Origin: a virus
Lineage: Duplodnaviria; Heunggongvirae; Uroviricota; Caudoviricetes
DNA: 9,862 nucleotides
Virus record (IMG/VR): IMGVR_UViG_2660238352_000008
Strand: one strand, 5' to 3'
Below are positions 1 to 5,868 of the stretch, piece after piece. The notes beneath the pieces were generated by a model. The model was given only the letters and a program-made list of their open reading frames with translations, ran no database searches and was not told the origin of the DNA. Position 1 is the stretch's first letter, and each line of letters opens with the position of its first letter. The position numbers were made by a program, and so were the translations under genes.

Positions 1-89
1 ACAAGTATTGTATCGCTGGCGGGCATTTTTATTACGTTTATTCGGCGCAAAAATAGGAAAAAACGTAGTGATTCGTCCGTCAGTAAAAA

Positions 90-2873
90 TTACCTATCCG
101 TGGAAATTAACCTTTGCAGCACTGATGAGGCCCAGTTGCGCCATTCCACTTTATTCCCGTTCAGCATCTCCGTGATGTTATTCACCATCCCTGAGATACC
201 CTCCGTCGCAAGCTGTGCTGCCTGTGAGGCGTAATCGGACGCATTATCCACCCAGTTACTGAGCCCCTCCTGCAAGCCTTTCTGCCAGTCCGCACGCTGC
301 ACATCCGATTCGGCATAAAAGGCTGCCTGGTCCTTAAGGCGTTCGCTCAGATACTGCGCGTTCTGTGCCCGTGCCTGTCTGTAAAAATCCTCACTGATAT
401 CCCCGGCCTGATACTGAGACTGAAGGTCCGCATCCTTCTGGCGGAAGCTGTCGCGGATCTGCTGCAACTCCCGCATGCGTTCCCTGGCTCGTTCTCCCTG
501 CCCGTACCCCAGCAGTTCGGCTTCATTTGATGCACGCGCAGCCACATTATCATTCTTCAGGGTCTCTTCCCGGGATCGCAACTGTTCCCGGATTTTTTGC
601 TGGTCAATCAGGGCCGCGTTACGCAGCAGTTCCTGCTTCTGCATCTCCGTCAGGGTTTTCAGTTCGCCCTGCGCAGTCTGGTACTTCAGCTTCACCAGCT
701 CTGTATTCTGACCCGCCAGTGCCAGTTGCTCTTTCTGCTGCTTCAGTAGCCGGGAAAAACTGTCTTCCGCTTTTTCCGTCTCTGATTTTCCACCCCGGGA
801 TTTAGGTTTGTTCGCCTCGTTATTACGCCAGGCTTCCAGAGCATTACTGATATAACGCTGTCTCGCCTCCTGATACGAATCCCCCACAAAACCAAGGTCA
901 TCCGCCGCATACCCCAGCCGGGCACGCTCTTTTTCCTCCCCCTTCAGTCGGGACAGGGCCAGCTCACGTTCTGTTTTTGTCAGGGCGCTCTGCTGTTTAT
1001 CATCCAGGGTGGCCTGCGGCAGCCGTAACGGTACATTCACCAGTCCCTGACGCTGCTGAAGCAGTTCATTCCCCAGCCCCAGCAGACGGTTGAATTCCGT
1101 ATGCTGGCCGTTCATGACCAGCAGTGACTGATACGCTTTATTCTGCTCTGCCGCCTGCTGACGAATTAACGCCACACGGCGATCTTCCAGTCCGGCAAGC
1201 ACATCCTGAATGGACTGCGCCTTTTCCTGCATCTGTGCCAGACGGGACTGCTCAACAGCAAGCTGCTCTGTTGCCTGAGCAAGCCCTTCCGTTACAGTTT
1301 TCACCGAGGTCAGATGGTTTATCATGAATCCGTCACCGGTCGTCCAGCCCGGGTTCGCCAGAACATACTGATATCCTGCGATTTTTTCCTGCAGGGATTT
1401 CACCCGACTGGCCTGTTCATCAATCAGCCGGTTCTGCTCTGTCAGCGCCGCCCGTGTTCGTCCTTCATTATCTGAGGCTTCAGGCAAAGACATTGACGGC
1501 GTTTTATGCGCGATTTCATCTATCGTCAGTGCATACTGGCGCGCTGACTCCCTGGCCTGCTCCTGATTCTGGTACAGCGTATACCATGCTGCTGCCCCCA
1601 GCATCACCAGTCCGGGTACGCCACCAACCAGTCCCAACGCACCAGTCATCAGACGTGAGCCCACCGCCGTTGTACTGTTCAGCGCATTCTGGGCTGCGGT
1701 TCTGGCAGCAATATTTCTGTTCAGGCGTTCCTGTGTGGCCGCCAGACGGGCTTCTGCAGCAATCTGCATCTCCGTCCCGCGGGCTGCCGCCACAGCCTGC
1801 TGTGCACGGTACACGGCTGCCCTTGCCCGCGCCGTGGCAATCTGCGTCCCCCTGAGCTGTGCTTCCGCCAGTGCCACTTCATTACGTGCTGCCGTCACAA
1901 GTCCTGCCGTGGCAGACACCGCTCCGGAGGCCATATTGCCAAAGTACCGGGCAACCCCGACGGCAACCAGCGCACCCACGGCTGTTGCCACATTATCAAT
2001 CTGTCCGGCAACACCGTTCAGCACGCCGGAGAGCGTTTTTGTCACCCCGCTGGCCTCATTCGCGCCACCCACCCAGGCCATAAAGGCGTTTTCCACCTTT
2101 GTGATACTACCGGAAACCGTTTCCGGCATGGCCGCATATTCATCACGCAATACCCCCAGCTGGCTGATTAACGCAGGGACCACTTTATCCGCCGTCAGTT
2201 TGCCGTCGTCCGCCATCGCCTTAAGGTCTTTACGGGCCACGCCCATACCCGCAGCCAGTGCACGTACGATCCGATCTCCGCTTTCATTGACCGAATTAAA
2301 TTCCTCACCGCGTAACACCCCCTGTGCCAGCGCCTGGCTGAACTGGGTGATCACCGAGCCCGCCTCTGCCGTACTGGCACCGGAGATTTTCAGCCCCGTG
2401 GAAATGGCCTCCGTCACCTTCAGTACATCACCGGCACTGTAGCCATATTCACGCATTGAGGCTGCCGAGCGGGCAAACAGGGCCGCATTATCTGAAAATG
2501 CCGTGCCCGTCCGCTGGCTGATATCCATCAGCACTTTCTGTGATGACGAAAATTCATCGGATGACTGCGACGCCTGTTTCAGTCGGGCATTCACGGAACT
2601 CCATTCATCGGCCAGAGAAATCAGGTGCCCGGTGGCAAAGGCACCTGCAAATGCCCCCGCCGTTCCGGCAACTGAAGCGCGGATTTCCGTCAACTGGCTG
2701 TTCAGCTCAGCCAGGGCGCGTCGCTGCTCCCGGGCGACTGCGGCAGCCTGACGCCCGCCATTCTGCAGGGTCCGGTAATATTCACTGCCCATGCGGGCAG
2801 CCCGCTGGATCTCCGACTGGAATGACTGCGAATTTGCCGAAATTTTGATAATCAGTTCACGTAACGTCGCCAT
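90..2873 (-). CDS. phage tail tape measure protein (lambda-family type)
   Basis: 927-aa ORF. ATG at 2873..2871 is preceded by a GGAGAAAGG Shine-Dalgarno; stop TAA at 92..90. Ala/Gln/Glu/Arg-rich helical composition with Gly/Ala/Val-rich hydrophobic stretches (e.g. [50 protein letters not shown]). It is the largest ORF and lies directly after the G/G-T chaperone pair, the canonical tape measure position. Confidence 0.9.
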   Translation of the reverse strand: MATLRELIIKISANSQSFQSEIQRAARMGSEYYRTLQNGGRQAAAVAREQRRALAELNSQLTEIRASVAGTAGAFAGAFATGHLISLADEWSSVNARLKQASQSSDEFSSSQKVLMDISQRTGTAFSDNAALFARSAASMREYGYSAGDVLKVTEAISTGLKISGASTAEAGSVITQFSQALAQGVLRGEEFNSVNESGDRIVRALAAGMGVARKDLKAMADDGKLTADKVVPALISQLGVLRDEYAAMPETVSGSITKVENAFMAWVGGANEASGVTKTLSGVLNGVAGQIDNVATAVGALVAVGVARYFGNMASGAVSATAGLVTAARNEVALAEAQLRGTQIATARARAAVYRAQQAVAAARGTEMQIAAEARLAATQERLNRNIAARTAAQNALNSTTAVGSRLMTGALGLVGGVPGLVMLGAAAWYTLYQNQEQARESARQYALTIDEIAHKTPSMSLPEASDNEGRTRAALTEQNRLIDEQASRVKSLQEKIAGYQYVLANPGWTTGDGFMINHLTSVKTVTEGLAQATEQLAVEQSRLAQMQEKAQSIQDVLAGLEDRRVALIRQQAAEQNKAYQSLLVMNGQHTEFNRLLGLGNELLQQRQGLVNVPLRLPQATLDDKQQSALTKTERELALSRLKGEEKERARLGYAADDLGFVGDSYQEARQRYISNALEAWRNNEANKPKSRGGKSETEKAEDSFSRLLKQQKEQLALAGQNTELVKLKYQTAQGELKTLTEMQKQELLRNAALIDQQKIREQLRSREETLKNDNVAARASNEAELLGYGQGERARERMRELQQIRDSFRQKDADLQSQYQAGDISEDFYRQARAQNAQYLSERLKDQAAFYAESDVQRADWQKGLQEGLSNWVDNASDYASQAAQLATEGISGMVNNITEMLNGNKVEWRNWASSVLQRLISTDR

Positions 2874-2891
2874 TCACCTTTCTCCGGGCGT

Positions 2892-2912
2892 AAAAAAACC
2901 GCCTCAGCGGTT
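2892..2912 (-). terminator. intrinsic-terminator-like hairpin plus U-tract between G-T stop and tape measure start
   Basis: Minus-strand reading AACCGC-TGAG-GCGGTT followed by TTTTTTTA: a 4-6 bp GC stem, 4-nt loop, and a run of 7 T. It starts 3 nt after the G-T stop and ends 20 nt before the tape measure ATG. Confidence 0.4.
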
Positions 2913-2920
2913 CTCATCAT

Positions 2921-3600
2921 TCATGACTGTGCTGCAAAGCTCAGCGCGTCTTCCAGCGCCGCAAACGGATCCACCTCCGGCTTATCCTCATCCTCGCCCC
3001 AGCAGAGCATGGCGTCCTTCAGTGCAACATTCATCCCCTGTGCCCCGAAAACCGCTTTCACGATCTGTGCATTACGGATATCCCCGCGCTCATCACCCAG
3101 CGGGGATACCCTGTCGAACTCCATCCACATCATCGCCTCGCTCGCACTCAGGCTGTGCCGCAGTTCGGATAACGTGCGCCCCAGACGGAGCGCAAGTCGC
3201 ATCAGAAAGCGTATTTCCGGGCGGGCTACTTTTTTCTGGCCGCCTCTCCATCGGCGATCAGATCCAGTGCCTGACGCAGCAACCGGGCATGTACCGGACC
3301 ATAGACGACCAGCACCTGCTCCCGATCGTCCGCAGTGAACACCCGCTGCAGATCCGTATCACACAGCACATCGCAGAACAGCGTCACATCCGCTTCCAGA
3401 TTACGGCGGGTTTTCGCCACCACCGACAGAGGTTCGTCACCCGTATCACCGTCATTAAGCACTTCCCGCCACAGATACCAGGCCTCTGCCGAAGGTTCCC
3501 GCAGCACCACGCTGACATTTTCCCATTCAGGCACCCGCACCGTTTTATGGCGAAACCCCGACAGTCTGGCCAGTGCCAGTGTTTTCAGATCCTTTTTCAT
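2921..3600 (-). CDS. tail assembly chaperone G-T fusion, made by -1 programmed ribosomal frameshift near the end of G
   Basis: The -1 frame stays open from the slippery site (3229..3235) through 2921 and reads ...KKVARPEIRFLMRLALRLGRTL...FAAQS, stop TGA at 2923..2921. This matches the conserved G/G-T arrangement between major tail and tape measure genes in lambdoid phages. Confidence 0.6.
3226..3600 (-). CDS. tail assembly chaperone (lambda gpG-like)
   Basis: 124-aa product starting MKKDLKTLALARL. The start is placed at ATG 3600..3598 (AAGGGGA SD upstream, 14 bp after the major tail stop) rather than at the track's upstream ATG 3648, which overlaps the major tail gene. Ends ...ADGEAARKK with TAG at 3228..3226, overlapping the A_AAA_AAG heptamer. 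Confidence 0.75.
   Translation of the reverse strand: MKKDLKTLALARLSGFRHKTVRVPEWENVSVVLREPSAEAWYLWREVLNDGDTGDEPLSVVAKTRRNLEADVTLFCDVLCDTDLQRVFTADDREQVLVVYGPVHARLLRQALDLIADGEAARKK
3229..3235 (-). other. slippery heptanucleotide A_AAA_AAG (-1 frameshift site for G-T)
   Basis: Minus-strand sequence GCC AGA AAA AAG TAG: the heptamer A AAA AAG sits immediately before the G stop codon. Shifting -1 here enters the open T frame. Confidence 0.6.
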
Positions 3601-3614
3601 GATGACTCGTCCCC

Positions 3615-4331
3615 TTATCCGGCTGCTGCGCTCACAGTCACGGTGCATTCAACAGACGTCACACTCTGTGCCCTCTCTGCCGAATCGGTCACCACGCAGG
3701 TATATTTCCCCGCATCAGCGGACTGCGCACCTGGCTTACTGAAGGTGTCTGTCGTCTGCCCGTCAACCGGCTGACCATCCTTCTTCCAGGCGTATTTATA
3801 CGGCGGCGTTCCCCCGTTGGCACTGACTGACATTGTCAGCAGCGCACCGGTATTCACGGTAAGTGTCTTATCCAGATTTTTCCCAAACGCCAGCGGTACC
3901 ACAAAGGACACCGGTTTGCCTTTCAGACGCAGTGAAAACGTTGCTGCCACCACGCCGTTGGTACCGGATGACCAGGTGTGCTGACGCACTTCCGCCAGGA
4001 ACTTAAAGCCCTTACCGGACGGAAACAGCACCTTAAACGCATACAACGCGTCATTGTCATAGGCATCACGCAGGGCGTTCTGGGCCTGATTCAGATAAAA
4101 ATTACCCGACATGGAAATCTCGGACGACGCCCCCAGACCGTTGATGTTCTCCTGCTCTGTGGAGCAGAGCGTGGTCACATCAATATCCTGTTTCTGACCG
4201 GCGGTGAACTGGACTTCCTTGATAGTGCAGTCCAGGCGCAGATATTCCGCCTTATCCATAGTTTCAGCAGTCGCCGGGGCAGATGAAATCATCACCTGCG
4301 TCAGCTGTGAGCGTTCATACAAAGCAGACAT
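3615..4331 (-). CDS. major tail (tube) protein with C-terminal Ig-like domain
   Basis: 238-aa ORF with a perfect AGGAGG SD 8 nt upstream of ATG 4331..4329. Sits between the neck genes and the G/G-T pair. The C-terminal ~85 aa (...PPYKYAWKKDGQPVDGQ...GKYTCVVTDSAERAQSVTSVECTVTV) has the W...D...Y-x-C pattern of Ig-like (I-set / Big_2-like) domains. Confidence 0.8.
   Translation of the reverse strand: MSALYERSQLTQVMISSAPATAETMDKAEYLRLDCTIKEVQFTAGQKQDIDVTTLCSTEQENINGLGASSEISMSGNFYLNQAQNALRDAYDNDALYAFKVLFPSGKGFKFLAEVRQHTWSSGTNGVVAATFSLRLKGKPVSFVVPLAFGKNLDKTLTVNTGALLTMSVSANGGTPPYKYAWKKDGQPVDGQTTDTFSKPGAQSADAGKYTCVVTDSAERAQSVTSVECTVTVSAAAG
3618..3884 (-). other. Ig-like domain at the C-terminus of the major tail protein
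   Basis: Residues ~150-238 of the major tail protein, with the motifs YKYAWKKDG and GKYTCVVTD. Domain boundaries are approximate. Confidence 0.55.
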
Positions 4332-4344
4332 TCTGCCTCCTGAT

Positions 4345-4368
4345 AATAAAAAACCCGCACACGGCGGG
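4345..4368 (-). terminator. intrinsic-terminator-like hairpin plus U-tract upstream of the major tail gene
   Basis: Minus-strand reading CCCGC-CGTGT-GCGGG followed by TTTTTTATTAT: stem at plus 4354..4358 / 4364..4368, T-run from plus 4353..4348. Lies in the 66-bp gap between the tail completion gene stop and the major tail SD. Confidence 0.4.
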
Positions 4369-4397
4369 GTATGGGTTTTGTAGAAAAAAAGAAAAAG

Positions 4398-4742
4398 TCA
4401 CACCGTGACCTGAAACTCCAGGGTTGCACGGTAACAGCGGTTTTCCGGAATATAGTCCTGCATTTCACTGACGGATCCCGGGGCCAGCAGCATTATGGCT
4501 TCACGGGCGTCCTGACGTATCTGACGCGCCTGCGTCACAGTCCCGGCATAAACGTCTATCTGCACCGACACTGAGGACTCCGCCTGCCCGCCCATCACGT
4601 CCGCAGACACCGATGAAATCAGGCTGAAAACCACCCACGGAAGCGCCACCGACGGCCTGCCATCCAGCAGGGGGACCACATACGGGTACACCTGCCCGCC
4701 GGCAAGATGCGCCAGATGAGGATACAAATCCGCCTCCGTCAT
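4398..4742 (-). CDS. tail completion protein (type-1 neck Tc1-like; DUF3168-like)
   Basis: 114-aa ORF in the slot directly before the major tail gene. Its ATG (4742..4740) overlaps the upstream gene's TGA (4741..4739) in an ATGA arrangement. Family assignment rests on position and size, so it is weaker than for its neighbours. Confidence 0.5.
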   Translation of the reverse strand: MTEADLYPHLAHLAGGQVYPYVVPLLDGRPSVALPWVVFSLISSVSADVMGGQAESSVSVQIDVYAGTVTQARQIRQDAREAIMLLAPGSVSEMQDYIPENRCYRATLEFQVTV

Positions 4743-5185
4743 CGTCTCAGTACCTCATCAATGGCCCGGTTTATCCGCGCAATCGCCACCTGAGCTGCCT
4801 GTTCACTGCGCACATCAAACGCCGGGCGCACAAACGGGTGCGGTGGCATATTCACGGTCCCCATTTCCACAAACCGCCAGTAGAAAGCATTGCGCGGGTT
4901 ATCCGCCTTCATGGTGTTATCGCTGTTACCGGTGTCCGGATTAACACCACGGATATGGACACCGGATTCCATCCCGCCATCGCGGGAGCGCCGGGAAAGG
5001 ATCACCACATTGCGGCGCAGTTTTCCCCTGCGTACCGGTGCCCGTGACACCACTTCTTCTTTCAGCACATTCGCACCAGCACGGGTTGCCTCACGCAGCA
5101 CCCGGTTATTTTCTGCACCACTCAGAAGCTGCAAATCACGGCTTATTTCTTCAAGTCCCGAAAAATCCAGCAGGGTTTCGATCAT
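4739..5185 (-). CDS. HK97 gp10-family neck / tail-component protein
   Basis: 148-aa ORF containing FYWRFVEMGTVNMPPHPFVRPAFD, which resembles the conserved core of the HK97 gp10 family. ATGA overlap with the upstream gene at 5182..5185. Confidence 0.7.
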   Translation of the reverse strand: MIETLLDFSGLEEISRDLQLLSGAENNRVLREATRAGANVLKEEVVSRAPVRRGKLRRNVVILSRRSRDGGMESGVHIRGVNPDTGNSDNTMKADNPRNAFYWRFVEMGTVNMPPHPFVRPAFDVRSEQAAQVAIARINRAIDEVLRR

Positions 5186-5532
5186 TTTTCCCCTCCCAGC
5201 CGACAGAGAATTTCCAGGCGCCCGCCGGTCGCATCCGGCACGGGCACCCCGACAACATTCAGGATACAGTCACGCCAGGGACCACTCAGCACATGAAGTC
5301 GTGACGCCGCCGTGATTTCCCGACCGGACTGACCGCGCACCCAGATGCGGATTTCCGCCTGCGCCATTTCCGCACCGGACTGCATCCGCTCCCGGCTGCC
5401 CCTGCCCCAGATATCCGCATGAATTTTCCCGCATGACACCCATTCTTCCGTCATTTCTCCGGCAGCATTACGGGTTAACACCGGGTTCAGAACACTTATC
5501 ATCTGTGTCAGACGACCTGCAGATATTGCCAT
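5182..5532 (-). CDS. head-tail joining / head closure protein
   Basis: 116-aa ORF with a strong SD (GAGGAGGGGGA) overlapping the upstream stop codon. The ...AEIRIWVRGQSGREIT...LEILC pattern is typical of the phage head-tail joining family. Confidence 0.7.
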   Translation of the reverse strand: MAISAGRLTQMISVLNPVLTRNAAGEMTEEWVSCGKIHADIWGRGSRERMQSGAEMAQAEIRIWVRGQSGREITAASRLHVLSGPWRDCILNVVGVPVPDATGGRLEILCRLGGEK

Positions 5533-5541
5533 TCCCCCTCC

Positions 5542-5868
5542 TCATAACACCGTCGGACAACGCAAATCGTAAATCAGCACGGAAACAGAAAACGGCAACT
5601 CCCCCTGCACGAGGTCTTCCCGCTCCGCAAGATCCGGATTCCGGTACAGCATCCCGGTCAGTCGCATGGCAGCCCCCTTCATCCGGGTTAATGCCTCACC
5701 CGGGATCAGTTCACCGTCCTCACGAATCACTTTATCCCGGCTGCCCTGAATGTAGGCCAGCAGCACGGCGGTAGCCTGACGAACCTTGTCCATCAGCATG
5801 TCATCATCCGCGTCATGGTCGACACGCAGATGTGCCTTGATCTCTTCCAGTGTCAGTAATGCCGTCAT
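5542..5868 (-). CDS. head-tail connector / adaptor protein (HK97 gp6-like)
   Basis: 108-aa ORF. The N-terminus MTALLTLEEIKAHLRVDHDADDDML matches the characteristic L-x-E-x-K-x-H-L-R-V-D...D-D motif of gp6-like connectors. AGGAG SD 9 nt upstream; ATG 5868..5866 overlaps the portal stop TGA 5867..5865. Confidence 0.8.
   Translation of the reverse strand: MTALLTLEEIKAHLRVDHDADDDMLMDKVRQATAVLLAYIQGSRDKVIREDGELIPGEALTRMKGAAMRLTGMLYRNPDLAEREDLVQGELPFSVSVLIYDLRCPTVL

Noticed and set aside
347-925. Small minus-strand ORFs (347..553, 743..925) inside the tape measure gene
   Set aside because: They are out-of-frame overlaps within a long, well-supported ORF and have low-complexity, Arg-rich translations.
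3226-3648. Longer 140-aa version of the G chaperone ORF starting at ATG 3648
   Set aside because: That start overlaps the last 34 nt of the major tail gene and has no SD. The internal ATG at 3600 has an AAGGGGA SD and the typical short intergenic spacing, so the 124-aa version is preferred.
2791-3774. 327-aa plus-strand ORF, and other plus-strand ORFs such as 1735..2442, 5922..6467, 6549..7106, 7995..8573 and 8441..8848
   Set aside because: All lie antisense to well-supported minus-strand genes. They are Pro/Arg/Ser/His-rich as expected for non-coding frames in GC-rich DNA, have no convincing SD, and 6549..7106 is simply the antisense of the tandem repeats. Treated as shadow ORFs.
4371-4574. 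67-aa plus-strand ORF starting in the tail-completion / major-tail intergenic region
   Set aside because: It begins in the A-rich tract and runs antisense through the tail completion gene, with no SD. More likely a by-product of the purine tract than a gene.
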